Of a stretch of 64,000 nt of DNA, positions 8,933-20,336 are shown piece after piece; the stretch's first letter is position 1, and each line of letters begins with the position of its first letter. Below the pieces are notes generated by a model that was given only the letters and a program-made list of their open reading frames with translations, was not told the DNA's origin and did not search any database. The translations under genes and the position numbers were made by a program. Source of the DNA: Synergistales bacterium (GTDB lineage: Bacteria > Synergistota > Synergistia > Synergistales > JAFGMB01); contig OY762654.1 in the NCBI GenBank assembly GCA_963666205.1, forward strand, positions 2,560,001-2,624,000, read 5' to 3'.

Positions 8933-9415
8933 ATGTCCAAGAATGGAAGGTCTTTCCTCCTGCTTGTTTCCTCAGGATTAATACTTCTTACAGTTTTGTC
9001 TGTTTGGACCATCAGGCATTGTGATAAAAAAAACACCTTTCGACTCGTCAGAACAGTTATATGTGATGAAGTTGATGAGGAATTCCTGCCTGTTGGTGCT
9101 GCAAGCAGGTTTACATATGGAACTCGTCAGCTCTGCCTGTGGTTCGAATATGATATGGCTTCACAGAACTGTGAAATTTCCGTCAAGTGGTACTTCAATG
9201 AAAAAATGGTATTTACTGAGAGAGTAGATCTGTCTTCAGTTAAAGGGAGAAAAACTCTCTGTCTGCTGAGGGAAGATGGTTCTCCCCTTCCCGTGGGAAA
9301 CTATCATGTGGTACTTGATCTTAATGGCAAAGAAACCGGCAGAATGGTTTTTGCTGTAGTGAAAAATTATGTTTCCTGCTTTGACTTAAATGAAAGAAAA
9401 AGGAAGAAGGGATAG
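8933..9415 (+). CDS. Membrane-anchored hypothetical protein with beta-sandwich-like domain
   Basis: N-terminal hydrophobic helix, VKWY...GNYHV pattern; stop codon 3 nt before tal. Confidence 0.65.
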   Translation: MSKNGRSFLLLVSSGLILLTVLSVWTIRHCDKKNTFRLVRTVICDEVDEEFLPVGAASRFTYGTRQLCLWFEYDMASQNCEISVKWYFNEKMVFTERVDLSSVKGRKTLCLLREDGSPLPVGNYHVVLDLNGKETGRMVFAVVKNYVSCFDLNERKRKKG

Positions 9416-9417
9416 GT

Positions 9418-10077
9418 ATGATCTTTTTTCTCGATACTGCTAATCTGGAAGAGCTTCGAGAGGCAGCATCCTGGGGAGTTGTTTCGGGTGTCACTACCAA
9501 TCCTTCCCTTGTCGCCAGAGAGGGGAAGGTTGACTTCGGTTCCCATATCAGGGCCGTAACGGAGATTGTCGATGGTCCGGTAAGCGTGGAGGTCATTTCA
9601 ACGGAAACGGGTCCTATGATAGAAGAGGCCCGATCTCTGGTTCCCATTTCACCCAATGTGGTAATAAAAATACCCATGACCCCTGCAGGTATGGGAGCTG
9701 TCAAGGTCCTTTCGTCCGAGGGTGTAGCCGTTAATGTTACCCTTGTGTTCACCCCTCAGCAGGCCCTTCTTGCTGCAGCTGCGGGAGCTGCCTATGTCAG
9801 CCCCTTTGTTGGTCGTCTTGATGATATCGGGGAAGATGGTGTGGGTGTGGTTGGTGATATTTCCCAGATATTCAGCATGCAGGATATCGGGACGAAGGTC
9901 CTTGCTGCAAGTATTCGACATCCTGCTCACGTCGTTCAGTGTGCCCTTGCAGGAGCGGATGTCGCAACAGTCCCTTTCAAGGTCTTGAAACAGCTTTTTC
10001 ATCATCCCCTTACAGATAAGGGAATTGAGAAATTCCTTGCCGATTGGGAAGGATACAATAAAAATCATGGGAGATAA
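9418..10077 (+). CDS. tal: Transaldolase (TalC/FSA family)
   Basis: DTAN, TTNPS and VIKIP motifs; Glu in SVEV and Phe in SPFVGR are transaldolase-type rather than FSA-type. Confidence 0.9.
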   Translation: MIFFLDTANLEELREAASWGVVSGVTTNPSLVAREGKVDFGSHIRAVTEIVDGPVSVEVISTETGPMIEEARSLVPISPNVVIKIPMTPAGMGAVKVLSSEGVAVNVTLVFTPQQALLAAAAGAAYVSPFVGRLDDIGEDGVGVVGDISQIFSMQDIGTKVLAASIRHPAHVVQCALAGADVATVPFKVLKQLFHHPLTDKGIEKFLADWEGYNKNHGR

Positions 10078-11455
10078 ACAAGTGGATACGAAAATAGATA
10101 CTAACAGCGAAAAAGAAGTTACACAGGAAAAAAACAGCAGCACCGCGTCAAATGGATCAGAAGGGACCATATCGCCCAACGGAGAAGTGAAATCAGTTCC
10201 CAAACCAAGATACTCCTTCACCAGGTTATCTGCTCTCACCATAAGTGATCTGAAGAAAATTGCAAAAGAGATTGGTGTTAACGGGATAACCTCCCTTAGA
10301 AAAGATAACCTCATCCTTGCCATGTTGAAGAAGCAGGCAGAGAATATGAAATATCGCTTTGGTGGCGGAACTCTTGAAATATTGAACGAAGGTTACGGAT
10401 TCCTCCGCCCTGAAGGTCTTCTTCCCAGCGACAACGATATCTACGTATCTGCCTCTCAGATAAGGCGTTTTGGCCTGAGAAACGGTGATGTGGTATGGGG
10501 CCTTATACGTCAGCCCAAGGAACAGGAACACTACGAGGCTCTCCTCAGGGTTGAAATGGTAAATTTCTCTGACCCGGAAGCAGCAAGAAGAAGACCTCAT
10601 TTTGGCCAGATCACACCCATATTCCCTGATGAAAGACTTACTCTGGAAACATCTCCCAGAGAAATATCTACCCGTTTGGTTGACCTGTTTTCCCCTATAG
10701 GCAAAGGACAGAGAGCGCTTATAGTGTCTCCTCCCAAAGCTGGAAAGACGACCCTTCTTAAAAATATTGCCCACGGAGTGACAACCAATCATTCAGATAT
10801 AATCCTTATGGTTCTTCTCATAGATGAGAGACCCGAAGAAGTTACTGACATGTCGAGATCTGTAGACGGAGAGATAATCGCTTCTACTTTCGACAGACCA
10901 GCTGAAGAACATCTTAGAGTTGCGAATTTAGCCCTGGAAAAAGCCAAGAGACTTGTGGAAGTAGGAAAGGATGTAGTTCTGCTTCTGGATTCCATAACCC
11001 GTCTGGCAAGGGCCTCTAATCTTGTGGTGCCCCCTTCTGGAAGGACTCTTTCAGGAGGTATGGATCCTGCTGCCCTCTATTTCCCTAAAAGATTTTTCGG
11101 AGCTGCCAGAAATATTGAGGAGGGAGGCAGCCTGACCATAATCGGTACGGCTCTTGTGGACACCGGAAGCAGGATGGACGATGTTATCTACGAGGAATTC
11201 AAAGGAACCGGTAATATGGAACTCCACCTTTCACGCAAACTTTCTGAGCAGAGAATATTCCCGGCTCTTGATATAATCAAGTCCGGAACGAGGAGAGAAG
11301 AACTTCTTCTCTCAGAAGATGAACTCGAAAGGATGTGGCTCCTTCGGAGGCGCATTGTTAATGTTGATGAGGCAGGGGCACTGAACCTTATCATCGATAA
11401 ACTTAAACAGGCAAAAACGAATAGTGAATTTCTGAAGACAATCAAGAAATCTTAG
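10067..11455 (+). CDS. rho: Transcription termination factor Rho
   Basis: [23 protein letters not shown] and [10 protein letters not shown] motifs. Confidence 0.97.
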   Translation: MGDKQVDTKIDTNSEKEVTQEKNSSTASNGSEGTISPNGEVKSVPKPRYSFTRLSALTISDLKKIAKEIGVNGITSLRKDNLILAMLKKQAENMKYRFGGGTLEILNEGYGFLRPEGLLPSDNDIYVSASQIRRFGLRNGDVVWGLIRQPKEQEHYEALLRVEMVNFSDPEAARRRPHFGQITPIFPDERLTLETSPREISTRLVDLFSPIGKGQRALIVSPPKAGKTTLLKNIAHGVTTNHSDIILMVLLIDERPEEVTDMSRSVDGEIIASTFDRPAEEHLRVANLALEKAKRLVEVGKDVVLLLDSITRLARASNLVVPPSGRTLSGGMDPAALYFPKRFFGAARNIEEGGSLTIIGTALVDTGSRMDDVIYEEFKGTGNMELHLSRKLSEQRIFPALDIIKSGTRREELLLSEDELERMWLLRRRIVNVDEAGALNLIIDKLKQAKTNSEFLKTIKKS

Positions 11456-11542
11456 TATTTTTCATACAGGAATTTTCAGTTATAATGTCAAGGGTTATTC
11501 TAGAGTCATACATTTCTGCATACGTAGTCAGGAGGTAGGGAT

Positions 11543-13027
11543 TTGAAGATCTCTCCAGGTCATCTCTTTGGTCGGATCAAGGGCCGGACAGGGTTTATGG
11601 TTGCAATTATATTAATGCTCAGCGCCACCCTTTTTCTCTCCATCTCTTGTACCAACAGGGCTGCAGGAACAGGCTGGCAGGGATCGATCAGCCTGGATCC
11701 GGCACCGGATGAAAAACTCCCTACAGGATTTATCGTTATAGAGATGGAGAAAGCCTATCTTTATGATGCTGAGAATATTTCAGACACTACCGGGGAAGAG
11801 ATCCTCGGAATAGGCCCCCTTCCAGCAGATGCATCCTTTGCCAGTGAAGGAATTGTCCTGAAGGAACTTCTGCCGCAGGGAGAAAATGAGAATAATGATC
11901 AGGGTGATCCCAAGGTTTATTCTGATGAGATGGAAAAACCGGATGTCGTACTGGAAGAAATGAGTTTTGATGTAGTCGCTCAGGATCAGCCTGATGAAGA
12001 TATCCCTGACCCCGATGACGTTGTTGAAGTTACTCTGGAGGAAAAAACTCCCCAATGGGTGGAACATGTTGTAAAACCTGGTGATAACCTTACGGATATT
12101 TCCAGAAAACATGATCTCAGGCCTCAGAATATCGTTGATGCTAACGGTCTGCATAATCCCGATATGCTCAGGGAGGGCCAACTGCTTCTGATCCCCCTGT
12201 CTGAAGAAGATGTCACTGCTGTTCAGCTAGAGGTAGAAAGACGCAAGGCAGAAGAACTGGAGAAACGTAATCGTGTAGTGCCCCTTAAGGTAACCACCTA
12301 CGTGGTAGCAGATGGAGATAGTCTCTGGTCCATAGCCAATACATTCAATCTTTCTATAGATACCCTTTTTGGAAGCAATAATCTTAAAAACCCTGATTAT
12401 CTGAAGCCGGGTCTTACCCTAAGGGTTCCCAACCAGGACGGAATTTTCTACAAGATCAAAAAAGGTGACACTCTGAGTGGCATAGCAAAGAAATACAAGC
12501 TTGATCCGGAAAGGATCAACGAAACCAATTCTGAACATGACTATTCAAGCCTGGAGGTAGGCGGGGAGATATTTATTCCAGGGGCGTCTCCGGCTGCATC
12601 TGTCTACTCGAGCAGTTCGTCCGGGACCTCGAAGTCGTATTCCAGATCATTCCGTTGGCCTGTGGTGGGGAAGATCAATAGTCCTTTTGGATGGAGAAGA
12701 CACCCCATAACCAAGAGAAGGTCCTTCCATACGGGTATAGATATCAAGGCTGGTACAGGGGTACCTATCAGGGCTGCAAAGGCCGGCAGAGTCGCCTATT
12801 CCGGATGGATGGGGGGATATGGCCGTGTTGTCGTTATCAATCACGGGAGTGGCTATTCTACCCTTTATGCACACTGCAGCAGGCTCATGGTCAGAAAGGG
12901 TGCCAAGGTGTCTTCCGGACAGGTAATAGCCAAGGTCGGTTCCAGCGGCAGAGTTACTGGTCCGCACCTTCATTTCGAAGTTCGAAGTAACAATAAGGCA
13001 ATTAATCCCTTAAGGGTTCTTCGTTGA
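11543..13027 (+). CDS. LysM-repeat M23 family peptidoglycan endopeptidase
   Basis: Three LysM repeats; HTGID and HLHFEV zinc-binding motifs. Confidence 0.9.
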   Translation: MKISPGHLFGRIKGRTGFMVAIILMLSATLFLSISCTNRAAGTGWQGSISLDPAPDEKLPTGFIVIEMEKAYLYDAENISDTTGEEILGIGPLPADASFASEGIVLKELLPQGENENNDQGDPKVYSDEMEKPDVVLEEMSFDVVAQDQPDEDIPDPDDVVEVTLEEKTPQWVEHVVKPGDNLTDISRKHDLRPQNIVDANGLHNPDMLREGQLLLIPLSEEDVTAVQLEVERRKAEELEKRNRVVPLKVTTYVVADGDSLWSIANTFNLSIDTLFGSNNLKNPDYLKPGLTLRVPNQDGIFYKIKKGDTLSGIAKKYKLDPERINETNSEHDYSSLEVGGEIFIPGASPAASVYSSSSSGTSKSYSRSFRWPVVGKINSPFGWRRHPITKRRSFHTGIDIKAGTGVPIRAAKAGRVAYSGWMGGYGRVVVINHGSGYSTLYAHCSRLMVRKGAKVSSGQVIAKVGSSGRVTGPHLHFEVRSNNKAINPLRVLR

Positions 13028-13072
13028 TCCAGGTTAAAATAACTTAATCGATTTTTGAAGAAATTATAATAC

Positions 13073-13105
13073 TTGGGCCAGGGTAATTCCCCTGGTCCAA
13101 ATTTT
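13073..13105 (+). terminator. Probable intrinsic terminator
   Basis: TTGGGCCAGGG/CCCTGGTCCAA stem followed by ATTTT. Confidence 0.6.
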
Positions 13106-13215
13106 GTTTAAACAGGTTCTGATAAGCAAAATTAATGAGGCACTCAACGTCTGCTCGAGTGTATAATGGTTTCTAAGGATAATCAATAAAATCCAGCTTC
13201 CTTAACGAGAGTTAG

Positions 13216-14877
<1,662 letters not shown>

Positions 14878-14897
14878 TCAACGAAGGAGGGCTTGTT

Positions 14898-15911
14898 ATG
14901 AAAAAAAATCTGGTGTTTTTAGTTTTAATTATGGTATTTCTTTCAGTTTCTCTGACTGCCTTTGCTGTAGAGGATCTTAATAGTGCCTCGACTTTCCAGA
15001 CCATGGAAAGGACGGAATCTATTGTATTTGGCCAGACAAGGACAGGGGGTCTGATCGCAAGGCTGAGTGAACTTGAGGTAGCATTGTTTGGCAGAGAACT
15101 TCCAGGGAGTATTGCAGCAAGACAGAGTGCCCTTCTGAATTTCCTTGAAAAAGGGAATATTGACCAACCCTCAATGCTCTTCAAACTTGGAGTGGCTGAA
15201 TGGGCTTTATCACAGGAATCAGATTCTTATGGACCTGTTGAAGAAAGAATAGCCTTTCTTGAAAAAAGTCTTGAAGGAGAGACAATGGAGAATAAGCCCC
15301 TTGCGATGAGATTGGAGCGTCTTCTTTCCCTCCTTCTGACCGATGATATTACCTGGGAAGATGTGGAGATACCGGCTGATACTGTTATGAAGTCCACTCT
15401 CCTTGAAAATCTGGCACCGGCGACTGCAAAAGCAGGTGATACTGTCAGAATGTATCTGACTGAAGACCTCACCCTGGGTACTTATCTTATTGCTCCAAAG
15501 GGCAGCCGGATTATGGGTCATGTTGATAAGGTCACGAAGCCCAAGAGTTTTGGAAGACCTTCGGAGATCGCTATTTCCTTTGATTCCCTTGTTCCCCTTG
15601 GACCGGAATTGATCCCTCTGTCAATGGGAGAGGCTTCTGAAAAGGCAACAAAAGCGGAGAAAGCACAGATGGCAGCAGTAGGCACCAGTTTTATAGGTGC
15701 CATTCTGCTTGGTCCGGTAGGTTTAGCTGGAGGATTGCTTATTAGAGGAGATGCCAGGGATATTCCTGAAGGTACGACATTCTTCATTCAGACTCCTGAA
15801 ATAGTCAGAGTGTCTGGTTTCCCTGTTCCTGCGGGCTTGCAGGGGATGCTTTCCCATAGTGCTGTTACGGAAGATTCCGGCGACCTATTGAGGGAGGCTG
15901 GTTCTCAATAA
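14898..15911 (+). CDS. Secreted protein with helical repeats and a TrbI/VirB10-like C-terminal domain
   Basis: GGAGG RBS, signal peptide, IPADT...PKGSRIMG...IPEGT pattern enclosing a hydrophobic Gly-rich segment. Confidence 0.7.
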   Translation: MKKNLVFLVLIMVFLSVSLTAFAVEDLNSASTFQTMERTESIVFGQTRTGGLIARLSELEVALFGRELPGSIAARQSALLNFLEKGNIDQPSMLFKLGVAEWALSQESDSYGPVEERIAFLEKSLEGETMENKPLAMRLERLLSLLLTDDITWEDVEIPADTVMKSTLLENLAPATAKAGDTVRMYLTEDLTLGTYLIAPKGSRIMGHVDKVTKPKSFGRPSEIAISFDSLVPLGPELIPLSMGEASEKATKAEKAQMAAVGTSFIGAILLGPVGLAGGLLIRGDARDIPEGTTFFIQTPEIVRVSGFPVPAGLQGMLSHSAVTEDSGDLLREAGSQ

Positions 15912-16348
15912 TGAAATCTATCAAAATTAAAAGGTTCACCGCTATCATACTTGTAGTGGGGGCCCTTTTTTCAGGGGCGGCTTTTGCCGTTGATCTCAAG
16001 GACCTTCTCGGGGTTGTTGGCGGAGGATTCCTTGTTTCGGCTGTTGCTGGCCCTCTGAATGATTTTATCAACACCGTAACTTTCAACAAGGGAGCAAAAG
16101 TGGAAGGACATACCAAGGTCGTCCCTATTGTTTCTCTTGGGAGCGGGACAAGGATAGGGGCGGCACAGGTTGCCGGACCCAAGGGGGATGTTGTGGCAAG
16201 CACCAAGGCGGTGGCCCAGATAGAAACAACTTTTAAGGATAAGATAAGAGTTGAGATACTTGTCCCGATTGATTCGGAAAACCCGTTACAGCGATTCAAG
16301 AGAGTCCAGGGTGTGGGTGTTTCAGCAATAATCGATTACAGACTCTAG
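15911..16348 (+). CDS. Small secreted hypothetical protein
   Basis: Signal peptide (AFA), TAATG coupling to the upstream gene. Confidence 0.8.
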   Translation: MKSIKIKRFTAIILVVGALFSGAAFAVDLKDLLGVVGGGFLVSAVAGPLNDFINTVTFNKGAKVEGHTKVVPIVSLGSGTRIGAAQVAGPKGDVVASTKAVAQIETTFKDKIRVEILVPIDSENPLQRFKRVQGVGVSAIIDYRL

Positions 16349-16362
16349 GGAAATTGCCTGTC

Positions 16363-17391
16363 ATGAGATCATTAAAGCTGACACTGGTTTTCCTGATACT
16401 GGTTTTATGTGCCTCGGCAAGCTTTGCTTTGACCTCTCTCCAGGAGGCGAATATGGTTCTGGATAAATGGACATCCTTTCACTGGGGCAAGGATTGCTTC
16501 GTATGGATAGTTCATTATTCTGAGGATCTAGTGGATCCTTGGGTTCGTGCTGAGTCAGAGAAGCAGGGAATGTCTCCTGAGGATGAAGGTCTATACAGAC
16601 AGACCTTTCTCGATGAATTAAAAATAAATGAAACTGAAGCTTTTCTTTTTTCTTTCTACTCTTTTGGTCAGAATGATATGGATATGTCTCCATTTTCAGA
16701 TAAGATCAGTCTGAGAACTAAAAGTGGAAAAGTCTCTGCTCCTCTTTCCTATGACCCTTCCTTCGACTTGCCAATGAAAGGCATTGTTCAGGGAATCGTT
16801 TTTTTCCCGAAACAGGAAGAAAGGGCGTTCAGCATTATCGTAAAAGGTCTTGGAATAGAAACAGGTTTTTTCTTCCCGATGGATTTCCAGATCATTCTGC
16901 CAGAAAAGAATGATCTGGAAAGGGTTCCCGGGCATCCGATAACAAAAGGTGAAGTTCTGGTGGTTCCTTCCATGGGCTCTGTTGATGAAAAAAAGCCCTT
17001 GCAGCAAAAACCTGTTTCAGAGGATATAATTCCAGAAGAGAAAAGAGAAGCATTCAGCCCTGAGCCGGAACTTGATCTCGATTCAGCGGATCATCTTTCA
17101 AAGGATGAAGTCCTTTCCACCTTCATCGACAGATGGGTTGAAGGTGATTATGCTGCTATGTATGATCTACTTTCCAGTGAATCAAGGGGGAAATACTCGC
17201 AGAATGCCTTCACAGCGAGTGCTATGCAGTCTCCGTTCCGATTGGTTCTGCAAAATGGATATGAAGTACACTGGATCGATGAGTTTCAGGCAGAGATTGT
17301 TGCCAGAACAGATCTTATGATTATGAAGACCTTCAAAAGAAAGATCTTCAGAATGGTGGAAACAGGAGATGTCTGGCGTATCTCGTGGTAA
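16363..17391 (+). CDS. Secreted hypothetical protein with C-terminal NTF2-like domain; paralogue of 5569..6324
   Basis: Signal peptide; FIDRWVEGDYAAMYDLLS resembles NTF2-like (MecA_N-type) domains. Confidence 0.75.
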   Translation: MRSLKLTLVFLILVLCASASFALTSLQEANMVLDKWTSFHWGKDCFVWIVHYSEDLVDPWVRAESEKQGMSPEDEGLYRQTFLDELKINETEAFLFSFYSFGQNDMDMSPFSDKISLRTKSGKVSAPLSYDPSFDLPMKGIVQGIVFFPKQEERAFSIIVKGLGIETGFFFPMDFQIILPEKNDLERVPGHPITKGEVLVVPSMGSVDEKKPLQQKPVSEDIIPEEKREAFSPEPELDLDSADHLSKDEVLSTFIDRWVEGDYAAMYDLLSSESRGKYSQNAFTASAMQSPFRLVLQNGYEVHWIDEFQAEIVARTDLMIMKTFKRKIFRMVETGDVWRISW

Positions 17392-17917
17392 ACTATCTGT
17401 CCTTTTGATCCTGCTTGCGGGTTCTTTCTTTGCATGGAACATAGTGAAGGATCTTGGTCTTGAAAAGAACATTACCGTGACAAAAGAAGAAAATCTTCCT
17501 GAAGTTACAGTAGAGGATCTGGAATTTTCAAGGGAAATCTCTGGAGATAAGTGGCTTATCACTGTGAGTGAGGCTATTAAAGCTGGTGTTACTTACTCCC
17601 TTGCCGATATCCGTATGAATGGAGCAATGGATAACGGGAATATATGGACAGTGGATTCTCCGGAAGGAATTTATAATGAAACAGATGACTTGTGGTTACT
17701 TAAGCAACCACAAGGTATTTTTCGTGGAGAAAAAGAACCGGTGCATTGGATTGCTCCAGAGGCACATATATATACTTCCCGGGGGCAGATCAGCTTTGAA
17801 AGCGGGATCAGGATAGAACAGAATTTTCTTGTTATTGATGGTCGATCAGGATTTGCAACGTTTGATGGTCTTTTCATCCTTTCCGAGGGGGCAGATGCGC
17901 TGTGGAGTATAAAATGA
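17369..17917 (+). CDS. LptC-like LPS export protein
   Basis: Single N-terminal TM helix, beta-rich domain of LptC size, directly upstream of an lptD-like gene. Confidence 0.6.
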   Translation: MSGVSRGKLSVLLILLAGSFFAWNIVKDLGLEKNITVTKEENLPEVTVEDLEFSREISGDKWLITVSEAIKAGVTYSLADIRMNGAMDNGNIWTVDSPEGIYNETDDLWLLKQPQGIFRGEKEPVHWIAPEAHIYTSRGQISFESGIRIEQNFLVIDGRSGFATFDGLFILSEGADALWSIK

Positions 17918-19587
17918 AGAAACGGGAAATATACCTGTTATTATTCACCTTTGCCTTATCAATGCTGTATCCGGCCATTGCTTTTTCTGCAGGAGAAGGC
18001 ATGGATTCTCCTGTCACAATGGAGGCTGAAAGGATCTCCTATGATCAGGCAACCAATCGAGCCACTGCATCAGGACAAGTTAAAGTCAAATACGAAAACC
18101 TTAGATTCTTTGCTCCGAACCTTGAGATGGACAGTCTTCGGCAGCATCTTTGTGTCACCTCCTCCGAAAAGGAGAAAGTAACCCTTCTGTATGGAAATAA
18201 AAGAATAACAGGAGATAGACTGGAATATGATTTTGGAACAAGAGAAGGAATAATAACCAATGCCAGGGCTTCTTCCCCGCTGGAGAATGGAACTGTATTT
18301 CTACAGGGAAATAAAGTAGAGGTAGTAACAGCAGAAAATGCTCTCAGTAAGGGATGGGTAAGCAGGAAATCATTACAGGCTGTTTCTGATGATGAAATGG
18401 TAGGAAAATGGGAAAACTCCATGGTTACAACATGTCCTCTGACTAATTCCCACTATCGCCTTGAAACCAGAAAACTGGTATTCATTCCTGGCAAAAGGGT
18501 TATCGCAAAATCACCGGAAGTGTTTCTCGGAGAGTCCAGGGTCTTTAAATACCCCTTTGATTATGTCGTAAGGCTTGATGAAAATACCAGGGAAAGCAGT
18601 TTTTTCCCTCTTCTGAATTATACATCTGCTAAAGGCTACGGCCTGGGAATTACGGGGCCCTATGTATGGGATGAAGGTAAAATTGATATAACCCTTCTTT
18701 ACTGGTCCGATATCGAGCTTGAGGGGGCCATCGAAGCCGAGCACAAATTTGATGACCTTACTCTGTTTGCAGGAACCGTATATGAATATGATGAAACCAC
18801 TGGAGAAAAACTGTACAGACCTTCATGGGGTCTGAAGTATTTTGATCAGGGATGGCAGGCCCAGCTTCTCTGGACTCAGAGAGAGTATATTGAAACAGAA
18901 AAACAGGCAGGTTCGAGATTTAAGGGAACTCTCTGGCGAGACCCGGAGGTTACTTTTTCCAGTCCATGGGAAAGAGATAATACTTCTGAGAATTCCTTCT
19001 GGAGAATTTTCGGAACATGGGGAAATTATATAGAAGATTCGCGCTCCACCGATCGCTGGGGCGGTGGTGCTGAGATCTATGGATGGATAAATGGAACAGG
19101 TCTGGTTCCATTCTGGCGGGCCCGTTATTCATATTATGATTATGACAGGGATGATCTTGACCAGAAAATCACCGATGCCGTTCTGGGTCTTAAGTGGACA
19201 TGGGGGAACTCTGATTGGGGCACAGCTTATGTAAGACGCTGGGTTTCCGGCGGGTCACCGATGCTCTGGGATGATTTTTCCTCTGACGAGGTTGAAGAAA
19301 TATATCAGCAGGTGAGTTTCAATATTTCTCCTGTTTGGGGTCTTATGCTTAGAGGAGCATATGATCTGGAAGAAAGCCAACTGGATGAAATGGTGTATAA
19401 AATAACTCTGGATAATCATTGTTGTTTAGGGTGGGAATTTGCATACAGGGACGACAGGGGTAATGACAACGATGATTGGGCAAGTCTTAAACTTGTGATC
19501 AAGGCATTCCCTGATGATCAACTTAAACTGGGAGATCCGGAATTATATGATCCATTTAAAGTTCCCGATGGAATTATGAAAAAATGA
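17914..19587 (+). CDS. lptD: LptD-like LPS assembly outer-membrane protein
   Basis: OstA-like N-terminus (AERISYD...ASGQV), TTCP...HY motif, aromatic barrel with HCC near the C-terminus. Confidence 0.75.
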   Translation: MKKREIYLLLFTFALSMLYPAIAFSAGEGMDSPVTMEAERISYDQATNRATASGQVKVKYENLRFFAPNLEMDSLRQHLCVTSSEKEKVTLLYGNKRITGDRLEYDFGTREGIITNARASSPLENGTVFLQGNKVEVVTAENALSKGWVSRKSLQAVSDDEMVGKWENSMVTTCPLTNSHYRLETRKLVFIPGKRVIAKSPEVFLGESRVFKYPFDYVVRLDENTRESSFFPLLNYTSAKGYGLGITGPYVWDEGKIDITLLYWSDIELEGAIEAEHKFDDLTLFAGTVYEYDETTGEKLYRPSWGLKYFDQGWQAQLLWTQREYIETEKQAGSRFKGTLWRDPEVTFSSPWERDNTSENSFWRIFGTWGNYIEDSRSTDRWGGGAEIYGWINGTGLVPFWRARYSYYDYDRDDLDQKITDAVLGLKWTWGNSDWGTAYVRRWVSGGSPMLWDDFSSDEVEEIYQQVSFNISPVWGLMLRGAYDLEESQLDEMVYKITLDNHCCLGWEFAYRDDRGNDNDDWASLKLVIKAFPDDQLKLGDPELYDPFKVPDGIMKK

Positions 19588-19615
19588 GAAGGAAGTTATT
19601 ATCGGCTTCCCCAGT

Positions 19616-19643
19616 AAAGGGACGACTTGCCAGTCGTCCCTTT
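19616..19643. terminator. Bidirectional terminator between convergent lptD and greA
   Basis: AAAGGGACGACT/AGTCGTCCCTTT perfect inverted repeat. Confidence 0.8.
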
Positions 19644-19658
19644 GGGTATTCGGTTTAG

Positions 19659-20156
19659 TTACATTACTTTGATGTCAAGTATCTTGAGCTTTCGGGTCCC
19701 CTTTGGAACCTTCACGGCGATCTCCTCGTTTACAAGTTTCCCCATCACTGCCTGTCCTACTGGACTTGAGGAGGATATTTTGTTCTGTCGGGGATCAGAT
19801 TCCTCGGATCCGACAATGGTGTAATCAAAGATCTTTGAAGTTTCGATATCCTGGATAGTCACGGTCGTTCCAAGAGTAACTCTGCTGCTGTCGATATTTG
19901 ATGAGTCGATGATCTTTGCTTTGCTGAGCTGGTAGTCCAGCCACTGGATTCGGCTTTCCAGTTTTTCCTGTTCATCTTTGGCGGCGGCATACTCAGCGTT
20001 TTCTGACAGATCACCAAAGGATCGAGCTTCTTCAAGCTGTCGAGAGATCTCTGCTCTGCCTTCGCTTCTGAGCTGGATCAGTTCTGTTTTTAGCTTTTCG
20101 TAGCCGCTTTCGGTGATAAGAACGATATCATTATAGTTCTTGTTTTTTGTGACCAA
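19659..20156 (-). CDS. greA: Transcription elongation factor GreA
   Basis: GDLSENAEY and ISSSSPVG motifs; TTG start chosen after a G-rich RBS (ATG at 20183 is an alternative). Confidence 0.95.
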   Translation of the reverse strand: MVTKNKNYNDIVLITESGYEKLKTELIQLRSEGRAEISRQLEEARSFGDLSENAEYAAAKDEQEKLESRIQWLDYQLSKAKIIDSSNIDSSRVTLGTTVTIQDIETSKIFDYTIVGSEESDPRQNKISSSSPVGQAVMGKLVNEEIAVKVPKGTRKLKILDIKVM

Positions 20157-20201
20157 ACTTTTCAACCCCCCGGAGGTAATCATGAATGTCTGTGAAATGG
20201 A

Positions 20202-20230
20202 ATTCTAGCAGAGATTGTCAAGGCAGGCAA
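20202..20230 (-). promoter_or_regulatory. Sigma70-type promoter of greA
   Basis: TTGCCT-17 nt-TAGAAT with extended TGn on the minus strand. Confidence 0.6.
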
Positions 20231-20336
20231 GAATTTAGATGTATATCGACAGAATATTAAAAGAAAAAGGACAGTAAAACTTGACAATATCTCAATTCCG
20301 TAAAATTATATCAAACCTTTCGAGGGAGGTGTAACT

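Noticed and set aside
9649-10323. This and other short ORFs overlapping established genes (e.g. 20967..21581, 32869..33486, 63228..63503)
   Set aside because: Shadow ORFs of well-supported genes, with no motifs or RBS support.
13138-13165. CIRCE-like GCACTC...GAGTG upstream of pyrG
   Set aside because: The spacer is 11 nt rather than 9 and the outer arms do not match.
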